This document shows, piece by piece, positions 16,627-25,555 of a stretch of DNA of 29,997 bases. Below the pieces are notes generated by a model. It had not been told where the DNA came from. It saw only the letters and a program-made list of their open reading frames with translations, and ran no database searches. The stretch comes from Chthoniobacterales bacterium (GTDB lineage Bacteria; Verrucomicrobiota; Verrucomicrobiia; Chthoniobacterales; Chthoniobacteraceae). The stretch's first letter is position 1. Every line of letters begins with the position of its first letter. The translations under genes and the position numbers were made by a program. The stretch is taken from assembly GCA_038207335.1 (NCBI GenBank), contig JBBQZX010000040.1, positions 1-29,997 on the forward strand, read 5' to 3'.

Positions 16627-17151
16627 CTAAAAGAGTCCGCGCTTGCGAAAGTCGTCCATGTTCCGCCCGGACGACTCTTGGATGAGATCGACGGCGAATT
16701 TCAGCAGGCAGACTTCCCAGCCTTCATCGACGCCCTGGATGATCGCGCTGAGCGGGTCTTCAGCACGATCGACCACCTCGCTGAGCTGTCCGAGCACCTG
16801 CTCGATCGGGCTGTGGACGATCTGCTCGGTGACGTTGGTTTTGCGAAACTGGAACCCGTATTTAAGAATCGCGAGTTCGCTCGCATTTTCGCGCAACCAG
16901 CCGAGGAACTCCTCAGCGCGCTCGCCGAAGCCATCGAGCGCCTGCCGCGATATGTATCCGGGCGTGAGAATCTGCGGTCGCTCGGCGTGCAGGTGGCCAT
17001 CGCGGATGCGAATCTGCTGCGCGGAATCCATCAGTTCGGTGACGAGATAAAAACGAAAGCTCGTGGAGCCAAAGGTGGCGATGCGCTGCTGCGGCGCGCG
17101 GAAAACGTGCGTGTTTTCGATCGCGTAATGAAAGCTGTCTTCGCTGAGCAT
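16627..17151 (-). CDS. Conserved hypothetical protein, 174 aa
   Basis: ATG 17151 (MLSEDSFHYAIENT). Globular composition with ATFGSTSFRFYLVTE and WEVCLLKF, codirectional with the LysM gene and accA. Confidence 0.75.
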   Translation of the reverse strand: MLSEDSFHYAIENTHVFRAPQQRIATFGSTSFRFYLVTELMDSAQQIRIRDGHLHAERPQILTPGYISRQALDGFGERAEEFLGWLRENASELAILKYGFQFRKTNVTEQIVHSPIEQVLGQLSEVVDRAEDPLSAIIQGVDEGWEVCLLKFAVDLIQESSGRNMDDFRKRGLF

Positions 17152-17220
17152 GAAAGCCGCGGACTCTACGCGCTGGTGGCTGAGGCGCAATCCCCGCGTG
17201 CCGCGGAATGGGCTCGATTT

Positions 17221-18036
17221 TCAAGCACCAAGACGCGCCTCGATCCAAGCGATGACGTCGGCGAAGACCATCTCGCGACCGATCTCGTTGAACGTCTCGT
17301 GGAGCATCCCTGGGTAAATTTTGAGCGTCTTGTCCGGCGACCCAGCGCGCTCGAAAAATTCGCGCGTGGCCGCGGCGCTCGTCACCGGGTCGTCCGCGCC
17401 GTGGATCAAAAAGAGCGACGTCTGAAATCGCGGCGCGCCGGCGAGCGCGGTGGCGGCGGCGACCTTCACGGCGTGATACATTCGCGCCGAGATGTCGTGG
17501 TGCATGAGCTGCATGTCGGGAAAAGTGGCGAGGTGCTCCTGATCGCGAGAGAGGCGCGACCACGGCATCGGCGTGGGCTGCGTGAGTGAGGGCCAGAGCC
17601 AGCGCGCGGCGTGAGCGAGGGCGAGTCGCCAGCGCGGCGGCGAAAATGCTAGGCGCAGATACGGCGACGTGACGATCGCCCCGCGGCAATCGGCTTTTCG
17701 GGTCAGAAGAAAATTGAGCGTGATCTGCCCACCGAGGCTGTGGCCGAGCAAAAAAAGAGGTATGCCCGAACCTAGTGCGAGCGCGACAACGCGCTCCAAA
17801 TCATCGAGCAAGGCCTCATACGAAGGCACGTCCCCTCGCCTTCCCCCGGAGCGCCCGTGACCGCGCAAATCGTAGCTCCACACCTCGATGCCGCTGCTCA
17901 CCAGAGCCTCCACAACATGGCCGTAGCGCCCCATGTGTTCGCCTCGTCCATGCGTCATTACGACAAGCGCGCGCGCCCTCCCCGCCGGTCGCGCCCGCCG
18001 GACGTTCAGCTCGATTCCATCGGTGCTCGTGAGCAT
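17221..18036 (-). CDS. Alpha/beta hydrolase, lysophospholipase/monoacylglycerol lipase (Hydrolase_4) family
   Basis: ATG 18036 (MLTSTDG). Motifs HGRGEH, DLRGHGRS, nucleophile GHSLGG, HGADD and LHE. Confidence 0.88.
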   Translation of the reverse strand: MLTSTDGIELNVRRARPAGRARALVVMTHGRGEHMGRYGHVVEALVSSGIEVWSYDLRGHGRSGGRRGDVPSYEALLDDLERVVALALGSGIPLFLLGHSLGGQITLNFLLTRKADCRGAIVTSPYLRLAFSPPRWRLALAHAARWLWPSLTQPTPMPWSRLSRDQEHLATFPDMQLMHHDISARMYHAVKVAAATALAGAPRFQTSLFLIHGADDPVTSAAATREFFERAGSPDKTLKIYPGMLHETFNEIGREMVFADVIAWIEARLGA

Positions 18037-18054
18037 GTGAGTTTGATTTTCCAC

Positions 18055-18085
18055 AAAAAAAGACCGCGGCTCGCACACGCGGGTC
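18055..18085 (-). terminator. Intrinsic-terminator-like hairpin plus T7, directly upstream of the hydrolase start
   Basis: Minus strand GACCCGCG-TGTGCGAGC-CGCGGTC-TTTTTTT: a 7-bp stem with one bulge. Confidence 0.45.
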
Positions 18086-18097
18086 GCTGAATTTCGG

Positions 18098-18137
18098 TTG
18101 TCAGAAGCAGCGAGTCCAGTAGCTTGCATAGTCCAGT
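18098..18137 (+). promoter_or_regulatory. Putative promoter of the pilin-like gene, with a direct repeat around the -10
   Basis: TTGTCA (18098)-N16-TAGCTT (18120). AGTCCAGT occurs at 18113-18120 and 18130-18137. Confidence 0.35.
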
Positions 18138-18144
18138 CCCCGCC

Positions 18145-18888
18145 ATGAAAACCCTCTCCAATTCATCCCGCTCACGCTTCGCTTTCACCCTCATTGAGCT
18201 GCTCACCGTCATCGCGATCATCGCGATTTTGATGGGCCTGCTTTTCCCCGCCATCGGCGCGGTGCGCGAAAATGCGCGCCGCACTCAGGCCAAAAACGAA
18301 GTCACTCAGCTCGTCGCAGCGCTCAAACACTACTACACCGAGTACAGCAAATACCCGCCTCTCGAAGCAGCATCGGCCGCAGCACCCGCGACTCCACCGG
18401 CAAACCCGAAGGATCTCTACTGCGGCGACAAACTGAGAGACACGAATTGCACCTTCAACAACGTCGCAGTCATGGACACGCTGCGCGCCATCAGCCGCAA
18501 GGATGGCGTCAACGAAAACGACGCGGCCAATCCGCGCCGCATCCCGTTTTACGAGGCGAAAATCGTGCAAAATCCGCTACTTCCGCGCTCCGGCGTCCTA
18601 GAGGTCTCGTCGTCCGGCGTTCAGCCAACAAATCCCGAGCAAATCGGCTGCCTCTTCGATCCGTGGGGCAATCAATACTTCATCATGATGGATACGAACT
18701 ACGACAACGCGCTCGACATGGGGCAGTGCTACAAAGATTTCGGCGAAACCGATGAGCTGCAAAAGCCGCGCACTGGCGTTGGCGCATTTTCCGTTGGCAA
18801 AGACAACGCGCTCGGCGATCTGAAGAAATTTCCGGGCGTTTATCGCCAGGGGACCGAGGTCTGCGACGACGTCATTTCCTGGCAGTAG
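18145..18888 (+). CDS. Prepilin-type N-terminal cleavage/methylation domain protein (pilin/pseudopilin-like)
   Basis: MKTLSNSSRSRFA|FTLIELLTVIAIIAILMGLLFPAI with E5, plus a GspG-like DPWGNQY and FSVGKD. Confidence 0.9.
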   Translation: MKTLSNSSRSRFAFTLIELLTVIAIIAILMGLLFPAIGAVRENARRTQAKNEVTQLVAALKHYYTEYSKYPPLEAASAAAPATPPANPKDLYCGDKLRDTNCTFNNVAVMDTLRAISRKDGVNENDAANPRRIPFYEAKIVQNPLLPRSGVLEVSSSGVQPTNPEQIGCLFDPWGNQYFIMMDTNYDNALDMGQCYKDFGETDELQKPRTGVGAFSVGKDNALGDLKKFPGVYRQGTEVCDDVISWQ

Positions 18889-18961
18889 ACTGCAAAGTAG
18901 AAGCGTCGAAACTGCGGAGCTCCGGCGGCCGCAAAGTTAGCCGCGCTGAGCGCAAGCGCCG

Positions 18962-19402
18962 ATGAGCGGGGCGACCTGCCAAAATTGCACCGCTCCCATC
19001 GCGCCCGGAGTCACTGTCTGCGCGGCCTGCGGTGCCTCTGTCGTCGAGCCCACCCGGCACGAGTGGATGTCGCAATACGCTTGGTGCGGCTATCCGCTTT
19101 ACCACATTGCGTTTGGCTCGGACGCCGATGGGAGGACGGTTTCGGCGCGTGGCATCGTCGCCATTGGGCAACGCGCGAGTGGCGGCATTGCGATCGGGAT
19201 CATCGCCACGGGAGTCGTCGCCATCGGGCTCGTTTCGATCGGCATTTTTTCGGTCGGCATCGTCGCCATCGGGCTCGGAGCGGCGTGCGGAGTGAATGCC
19301 GTTGCGCCCTTCGCCCTCGGTGTCGTCGCGTTCGGCTGGGAGGCGTACGGCGCGTTGACTTTTGGAAAGCAGTTCCTCGTCAGCGCCGCAGCGACTCGCT
19401 GA
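18962..19402 (+). CDS. Zinc-ribbon protein with a Gly/Ala-rich hydrophobic repeat domain
   Basis: CQNC...CAACG, then EWMS...GYPLYHIAFG...ARGIVAIG and repeated A/S-I-G units. Confidence 0.75.
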   Translation: MSGATCQNCTAPIAPGVTVCAACGASVVEPTRHEWMSQYAWCGYPLYHIAFGSDADGRTVSARGIVAIGQRASGGIAIGIIATGVVAIGLVSIGIFSVGIVAIGLGAACGVNAVAPFALGVVAFGWEAYGALTFGKQFLVSAAATR

Positions 19403-19412
19403 AATCTCCACC

Positions 19413-20378
19413 ATGAAAATTTTCTCCGATGCAAAACTGGAACCCGCCGCTGCCGAGAATTTGCGCGATGGCGTCACGCCTCACGAGCTGCTCATTTCTA
19501 AATACCTCGGCGCTTCCGTACTCGCAAAAGCGGCGCCCGACCCGGCATTTGGCGAGGCCGAAATCGCATTCGGCCAGCCCGATCCCGGTAGCGTTGAGAA
19601 TTCCGACAACCTCCGCTGGGTCCATCTCAGCAGCGCCGGGTTCACACGATACGACACGCCAGAGTTTCGCGCTCTCGCGACTTCGCGCGGCATCGTCGTG
19701 ACAAACAGCTCAAGCGTCTATGCCGAGTCGTGCGCAGAGCACGCATTTGCCTTCATGCTGGCACAAAGCCGCCGCCTGCCCAAGGCTCTCGCGAGCCAGA
19801 CCGCGAGCGGCACGCCCGAGTGGTTTCAACTTCGCACCACCTCAAGCGAGCTGCGCGGGCAGTCCGTCCTCATCCTCGGCTACGGCTCGATCGCGCAGCG
19901 GTTGGCGGAAATGCTTGCGCCATTCCAGATGCAAATCACCGCGATGCGCCGTGCGCCGCGAGGCGATGAAAGCGTTAAAATCGTAACGCCCGAAAACCTC
20001 GCGCCCGCGCTTGCCGCGGCCGATCACATCGTCAGCGTCCTCCCCGAAAACGAGGCCTCCCGCCATTTCATCGACCGCGAAAAACTCGCCGCAATGAAGT
20101 CCGGCGCGATCTTCTACAACATCGGTCGCGGAGCCACCGTCGATCAGCAAGCGCTCGCCGAAGCCCTGCATTCAAGCCACCTCGCGGCCGCGTGGCTCGA
20201 TGTCACCGACCCGGAACCGCTGCCCGCCGATCACGCTCTCCGCCTTGCTCCGCATTGCTTCATCACCCCTCACACGGCCGGCGGACACCGCGACGAATCC
20301 GGCACTCTGGTCCGGCATTTCCTCGCAAATTTCCAGCTTTACGTCGCCGGAACCGCGCTCCGCGACCGCATCATGTGA
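19413..20378 (+). CDS. D-isomer-specific 2-hydroxyacid dehydrogenase
   Basis: ATG 19413. Motifs LGYGSIA, NIGRG, DVTDPEPLP and TPHTAG give the Arg/Glu/His triad. Confidence 0.9.
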   Translation: MKIFSDAKLEPAAAENLRDGVTPHELLISKYLGASVLAKAAPDPAFGEAEIAFGQPDPGSVENSDNLRWVHLSSAGFTRYDTPEFRALATSRGIVVTNSSSVYAESCAEHAFAFMLAQSRRLPKALASQTASGTPEWFQLRTTSSELRGQSVLILGYGSIAQRLAEMLAPFQMQITAMRRAPRGDESVKIVTPENLAPALAAADHIVSVLPENEASRHFIDREKLAAMKSGAIFYNIGRGATVDQQALAEALHSSHLAAAWLDVTDPEPLPADHALRLAPHCFITPHTAGGHRDESGTLVRHFLANFQLYVAGTALRDRIM

Positions 20379-20396
20379 CTCCCGCGGCCCCGCGGA

Positions 20397-20426
20397 TTGC
20401 CACAACCCGCACCATTTTTCTAAACT
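20397..20426 (+). promoter_or_regulatory. sigma70-like promoter for the phosphohexomutase gene, probably leaderless
   Basis: TTGCCA-N18-TAAACT, then 7 nt to ATG 20434. No Shine-Dalgarno motif. Confidence 0.5.
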
Positions 20427-20433
20427 CACCGAA

Positions 20434-22395
20434 ATGACCGACCTGAATCTCTCGCTCCAGCGCGCCGCCACCGCCGGCGATTTGCTCGAAAGCAGCGCCC
20501 AAAACATCGCTCAAATGCTCGCCCGCAGCACCCAGCCCGCCGTCGAGCAAAGCATCGCCGAACTCGTGCAAAGCGCCGCATGGGCCGAACTCAACGACCG
20601 CTTTTACAAGACCCTCGCCTTCGGCACCGGCGGCCTCCGCGGACGCACCATCGGTAAAATCGTGACCGTCGCTGAGCAGGGAGAGACGCAGGAACTCGGC
20701 CGCCCGCAACGCCCGTGCATCGGCACGAACGCGATGAATTACTACAACGTGAGCCGCGCTACGCAGGGCCTCGTCGCTTACCTCAAAGAGTGGCTCGCTG
20801 CTGAAAACATCGTCGGCAAACCGAAGATCGTCGTCGCCCACGACACGCGCTTTTTCTCCCGCGAATTCGCCGAGCTCACTGCCCGCGTCGCGATGGAAAA
20901 TGGATGCGACGTCTGCCTCTTCGAAGGCCCACGCTCCACGCCGCAACTCTCCTTCACAGTCCGCGAGCAGAACGCGCAAGGCGGCATCGTCATCACCGCC
21001 AGCCACAACCCGCCGCACGACAACGGCTTCAAAGTCTATTTCGGCGAAGGCGCGCAAGTCGTCGAACCGCACGCCGGCGGCATCATCGCGAAAGTCAACG
21101 CGATCGAATCCGATGTGTACGATCCCGTCCCAGAGCCGCAGCAGGGCGCGCTCACCGTGCTGGGAAATGCGATCGACGCCGCCTACATGGCGCGCCTCGA
21201 GACACTCGTGCTCGACCCCGGATTCTTCAAATCTGCGAGCGCCCTTCGCGTCGTCTTCACCTCCATCCACGGCACCGGCGGTACGATCGTGAAGCCGATG
21301 TTCGACCGCCTTGGCGTCACATTTTCCACAGTCCCCGAGCAGGAAATCCCCGATAGCCGTTTCCCTACCGTCAAATCGCCCAACCCAGAAAACGCGGAGG
21401 CGCTCGCAAAAGCCATCGCGCTTGCAGACGAGCAAAACGCCGACCTCGTCGTCGCGACCGACCCCGATTGCGACCGCATGGGCGTCGCCGTGCGCAACCG
21501 CACGGGCAAAATGGAACTCTTTACCGGCAACCAAATCGGCTCCCTCATGGCCTGGTATCGAGTCACGAAATTGATCGTGCAGGGCGTCATCACGCCCGCC
21601 AACGCCGCCCGCTGCGTCATCATCAAAACCTTCGTCACCACCGACCTGCAAAAGTCCATCGCCGAGCGGAACGGGCTCCGTTGCGTCGAAACGCTCACCG
21701 GCTTCAAATACATCGGCGAAAAACTCGGCAAATACGAAGCCGCTCTGCCCGCCGATGTGCGCGCGAAATATCGCACGCTCCCCGAATCCGAGACCCGCTC
21801 GCAGCGGCTCGCGCACTCCACGTATTACGTGTGCGGCGGCGAGGAAAGTTACGGCTACAGCGCGCACGATTTCGTCCGCGACAAGGACGGCAATGCCGCC
21901 GCCATGGTCTTCACCGAAGTCGCCGCATTCGCAAAAACGAAAGGCCTCACGCTCGACGAATTGCTCGACCAGATTTACGCCGAATACGGATTCTATTTTG
22001 AAAAGAACGGCAACCTGACATTCGAGGGCGCCGAGGGAGCGGCAAAAATCCAGCAACTCGTCGCCTCCTACGCGACGCAACCGCCCGCCACCGCCGACGG
22101 CACCGCCGTCACCAACGTGCGCAATTTTGCCGAGCAAGATTTCACCGACATCGAGGGCGACAAAATCCCGAAAGAAAAAATGCTTATGATCGATCTCGCC
22201 GACGGACGCCGTTTCGCCGTGCGCCCATCCGGCACCGAGCCGAAGATCAAATTTTACCTCTTCGGCCAAAAGCTCCCGCCAGCCGGGACACGGTTCACTT
22301 CCATCGAACTGGCATCCGCACAAAGCTCCGTCCGCGATTCATTGGACGAGCTGTGGAGTTGGATTCAGCAGGACATCGCCGCACGTCTCCCTTAG
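20434..22395 (+). CDS. pgm: Phosphoglucomutase/phosphomannomutase (alpha-D-phosphohexomutase), 653 aa
   Basis: FGTGGLRG, phosphoserine loop TASHNP, metal loop DPDCDR, GEESYG and RPSGTEPKIK. Confidence 0.9.
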   Translation: MTDLNLSLQRAATAGDLLESSAQNIAQMLARSTQPAVEQSIAELVQSAAWAELNDRFYKTLAFGTGGLRGRTIGKIVTVAEQGETQELGRPQRPCIGTNAMNYYNVSRATQGLVAYLKEWLAAENIVGKPKIVVAHDTRFFSREFAELTARVAMENGCDVCLFEGPRSTPQLSFTVREQNAQGGIVITASHNPPHDNGFKVYFGEGAQVVEPHAGGIIAKVNAIESDVYDPVPEPQQGALTVLGNAIDAAYMARLETLVLDPGFFKSASALRVVFTSIHGTGGTIVKPMFDRLGVTFSTVPEQEIPDSRFPTVKSPNPENAEALAKAIALADEQNADLVVATDPDCDRMGVAVRNRTGKMELFTGNQIGSLMAWYRVTKLIVQGVITPANAARCVIIKTFVTTDLQKSIAERNGLRCVETLTGFKYIGEKLGKYEAALPADVRAKYRTLPESETRSQRLAHSTYYVCGGEESYGYSAHDFVRDKDGNAAAMVFTEVAAFAKTKGLTLDELLDQIYAEYGFYFEKNGNLTFEGAEGAAKIQQLVASYATQPPATADGTAVTNVRNFAEQDFTDIEGDKIPKEKMLMIDLADGRRFAVRPSGTEPKIKFYLFGQKLPPAGTRFTSIELASAQSSVRDSLDELWSWIQQDIAARLP

Positions 22396-22420
22396 TTTTG
22401 CTAACGCCATTCCCTCCAAA

Positions 22421-22729
22421 ATGCCCCGTGAAATCAGCCTCGATGGCGGTGAAATTTCCATAGTCAAAGCGCTTGGCTTTGCCGGAGGCGGCGTCTCCGG
22501 CAAGACCCTCCGCGACCGCGTCTCCGAACTCGAGGACGCCGAGCTTTTTGACACCGTCCGAAGCCTCATGGACATCGGATATGTCGTCTCTGACAAGTCC
22601 GGCTTTCATACGTCCGAGGAATTTGAAAAAGCCAACTTTCACGTCAATTCCGGCTACGCCCGCGACCTGAAAGAATCCCTAAACCCAACCCGCGAAAAAC
22701 CCAAAAGCCGCCGCATCCGCCGCGAGTGA
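22421..22729 (+). CDS. Small hypothetical protein, possibly winged-helix-like
   Basis: 102 aa with normal codon usage: IVKALGFAGGGVSGKTL...LFDTVRSLMDIGYV and a basic tail KPKSRRIRRE. Confidence 0.7.
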   Translation: MPREISLDGGEISIVKALGFAGGGVSGKTLRDRVSELEDAELFDTVRSLMDIGYVVSDKSGFHTSEEFEKANFHVNSGYARDLKESLNPTREKPKSRRIRRE

Positions 22730-22863
22730 TTTCGGAGCGCGGTGACAGAACGAAGCGCCGACGCCTTGCTCGGAATGTTTGGAAGACGGCACCATCTGCC
22801 AAACTCGGTGATTTGCGGTTGTCCTGAAACGCTCGCGCGCCGAGAAACGCCGCCCCGCGCTTA

Positions 22864-24477
22864 ATGACAGAGCCAACCACCCCTCCACTTTCCGCACTCC
22901 GCCGCGGGTGGCCGTGGCTTGCGAGCGCGCTCACCGGCACCCTGCTGACCCTCTGTTTCGCCCCGTGGAATTTCGGCTGGCTCTGCTGGCTAGCGCTCGT
23001 CCCTCTCATCTGCGCGGCGTGGTTTTCAAACGCAAAACCCGGTCATAAATTCGCCCTCGGATACCTCGCCGGCCTCTTCTTTTTCTCCGGCACGTTTTAC
23101 TGGCTCGGCTCGCTCGGCACGCTCTTCAAAGCCGCATGGCTGCATGGTTTGCCGGTGCTGCTCGCGTCGTACTTCGGCATTTATTTCGGCTTCTGGTCGT
23201 GGTTCATCGGACGCCTAGCGGATGCCTCGCAGCCCAGCGTATACCTCTCCTCGCGGCGCAATCTTGCAACCGCGTTTTTCGCCGCGTGCGCGTGGGTCGC
23301 GCACGATTGGGTGCGCGGCTGGATGTTCGGCGGCTTCGGTTGGAACGGCATTGGCATCGCCCTGCACGACGACCTTGCGATGATCCAAATCGCCGACATC
23401 ACCGGCGTCTCCGGCCTCTCGTTTCTCGTGGTCTATTGCAACGTAATGCTCGTCATCATCGTCCGCCGCATCGGCGCGGAGTTCGGCCCAATCTTTCTGA
23501 AAAAGGTGCGCTGGGAATTCAGCCTCACCGTCGCGATGGTCGCCCTCGTTTTCTCCTACGGCATCCGCACTCTCCTCGCCCCGCAACCCGCTTCAAATCA
23601 GGCGCTCCGCATCTCGGCGATCCAGCCGAACATCCCGCAGGCCGTGAAGTTTTCAGCAAACGCGGAAGACGTCGTGATGCAAAATCTCGACGAACTCACC
23701 GGTCTCGCCGCGACCACTCAGCCACAGCTCCTGCTCTGGCCGGAAGCCGCCACCCCGCGCGGCATGTATGCCGATGAGCGCAACTACAGCTTCGTCATCG
23801 ACGAGGCCGCGCGCGGCGACTTCTCCCTTCTCATCGGCACCGAGGATTCCGACATCGACCTCCATCAAGATTACAACGTTGCGACGCTCCTCTCGCATCG
23901 CGGCCACGACATCCAGACGTATCGCAAAATGCACTTGGTCCCTTTCGGCGAATACATTCCCGGACGCCACTTCGTCCCGCTCCTCGCGCGCATCGCGGGC
24001 GACCTCGTCCCGTCGGATTTCTCGATCGGCCGCGAATTCACCGTGATGAAAGCCGGCGATCCCGCCGTCCGATTTTCCCCGCTCATCTGCTTCGAGGATT
24101 CCGTCGGCGACCTCACGCGCCGCTTCGTCCTGCACGGCGCGCAACTCCTCGTGAATATCACGAACGACGGCTGGTTTCTCGAAAGCGCTGGAGCCGAGCA
24201 GCACCTCGCAAACGCGGTCTTCCGCGCCGTCGAAAATCGCCGCCCGCTCGTGCGCTGCACGAACACCGGAGTCACCGGTTCCGTGGATCGCCTCGGCCGC
24301 GTCGATCGCTGGCTGAAGCCATTCGAGCGCGGCTTCGCCTCGCGCGAAATCGCCATACCTGACACCACCGCATTCACCTTTTACACCCGCCACGGCGAAT
24401 GGCTCACCTACTCCGCGGCCGCGATCACCGCCCTGCACCTCGCGTTCGGCCTGCTCAAGCGCCGCCGGGCGAAGTGA
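22864..24477 (+). CDS. lnt: Apolipoprotein N-acyltransferase
   Basis: TM N-terminal half with GGFGW, nitrilase triad WPEAA / YRKMHLVPFGEY / ICFED, NITNDGWF and FRAVENRR. Confidence 0.95.
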   Translation: MTEPTTPPLSALRRGWPWLASALTGTLLTLCFAPWNFGWLCWLALVPLICAAWFSNAKPGHKFALGYLAGLFFFSGTFYWLGSLGTLFKAAWLHGLPVLLASYFGIYFGFWSWFIGRLADASQPSVYLSSRRNLATAFFAACAWVAHDWVRGWMFGGFGWNGIGIALHDDLAMIQIADITGVSGLSFLVVYCNVMLVIIVRRIGAEFGPIFLKKVRWEFSLTVAMVALVFSYGIRTLLAPQPASNQALRISAIQPNIPQAVKFSANAEDVVMQNLDELTGLAATTQPQLLLWPEAATPRGMYADERNYSFVIDEAARGDFSLLIGTEDSDIDLHQDYNVATLLSHRGHDIQTYRKMHLVPFGEYIPGRHFVPLLARIAGDLVPSDFSIGREFTVMKAGDPAVRFSPLICFEDSVGDLTRRFVLHGAQLLVNITNDGWFLESAGAEQHLANAVFRAVENRRPLVRCTNTGVTGSVDRLGRVDRWLKPFERGFASREIAIPDTTAFTFYTRHGEWLTYSAAAITALHLAFGLLKRRRAK

Positions 24478-24482
24478 CCAAC

Positions 24483-25493
24483 TCACCGCTGTAGCAGCGC
24501 GCTGCAGATGTCCCGCACGAGCTTCGGGCCTTCGTAGATGAACCCCGTGTAGAGTTGCACGAGCGCCGCGCCGTTATCGAATTTCTCCAGCGCATCGTCC
24601 GCGCTGAAAATGCCGCCCACCGCGATCACCGGCAGCGTCGTCCGCTCCGCGATGAACCGCACGATTTCCGTCGAGCGCTCCCGCAGCGGCATCCCGCTCA
24701 AACCGCCTTGCTGCTTGCGATGCGCGGGCACCCACGAGTGATCGATCGTCGTATTCGTCGCGATGATCCCCGCCAATTCGTGCTCCGCTGAGAGCGCGAC
24801 GATCTGCTCGATCGCTTCCCAGTCGAGGTCCGGCGCGATCTTTACGAGCAGCGGGCGCCGACTCGTGTTGCGCCGCTGGAGCGTGGCGAGCAGATGCTCC
24901 AGCGCGTCGTGATCCTGCAACGAGCGGAGCCCCGGCGTGTTCGGCGAGCTTATGTTCAGCACGAAATAATCGCCGAAATACTGCAACCGCTCGAACGACA
25001 GCAGATAGTCGTTTGTCGCCTCCTCGATCGGCGTCACGCGCGACTTTCCGAGATTTATCCCGATAGGAATATGGGGCCACCGATGCGCCGCTTGCAGCCG
25101 CCGAAAACGCACCGCGATCGCATCCGCGCCGTCGTTGTTGAAGCCGAGCCGATTGATGAGCCCGCCGACTTCCGGCACCCGGAAGACGCGGGGCTTGTCA
25201 TTCCCCGGCTGCGCCCGGGCCGTGATCGTGCCAACTTCCGCGAAGCCGAAACCAAGCGCCTGCCAGGCCGCGAGCGCGACCGCGTTCTTGTCGAATCCCG
25301 CGGCGAGCCCGACCGGATTTGGAAACTGCACGCCGAACACCGTGCGCGCCAGCCGCGGGTCCGGGCGCGGCGCGACGAGTTTCATCAGCGACCCTGTCAG
25401 CGCCAGCGTGTCGATCGCAAGATGATGCACCGCCTCCGCGTCGCGGAGAAAGAGCAGCGGTCGCAGGAGCTGTTTGTAAAACGAAAAGGGCAT
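24483..25493 (-). CDS. pyrD: Quinone-dependent dihydroorotate dehydrogenase (class 2)
   Basis: ATG 25493 (MPFSFYKQLLRPLLF). Motifs GLAAGFDKN, INRLGFNN, NISSPNTPGLR, VKIAPD and GGLSG. Confidence 0.95.
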   Translation of the reverse strand: MPFSFYKQLLRPLLFLRDAEAVHHLAIDTLALTGSLMKLVAPRPDPRLARTVFGVQFPNPVGLAAGFDKNAVALAAWQALGFGFAEVGTITARAQPGNDKPRVFRVPEVGGLINRLGFNNDGADAIAVRFRRLQAAHRWPHIPIGINLGKSRVTPIEEATNDYLLSFERLQYFGDYFVLNISSPNTPGLRSLQDHDALEHLLATLQRRNTSRRPLLVKIAPDLDWEAIEQIVALSAEHELAGIIATNTTIDHSWVPAHRKQQGGLSGMPLRERSTEIVRFIAERTTLPVIAVGGIFSADDALEKFDNGAALVQLYTGFIYEGPKLVRDICSALLQR

Positions 25494-25555
25494 GGTCGGG
25501 CGGGAGCGTTGCAGTGACTTGTTCGTTTCTAAAGAGCGTAATGCGGGCCTCGCCC

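Noticed and set aside
15712..17589. 625-aa plus-strand ORF
   Set aside because: Spans the antisense of three real minus-strand genes and has no coherent protein features.
18930..18961. GTTAGCC before the zinc-ribbon gene as another cassette core site
   Set aside because: Imperfect core, no attC after the gene, and the gene sits 10 nt from the next gene like an ordinary operon member.
20371..22323. 650-aa minus-strand ORF
   Set aside because: Codon-register mirror of the phosphohexomutase gene.
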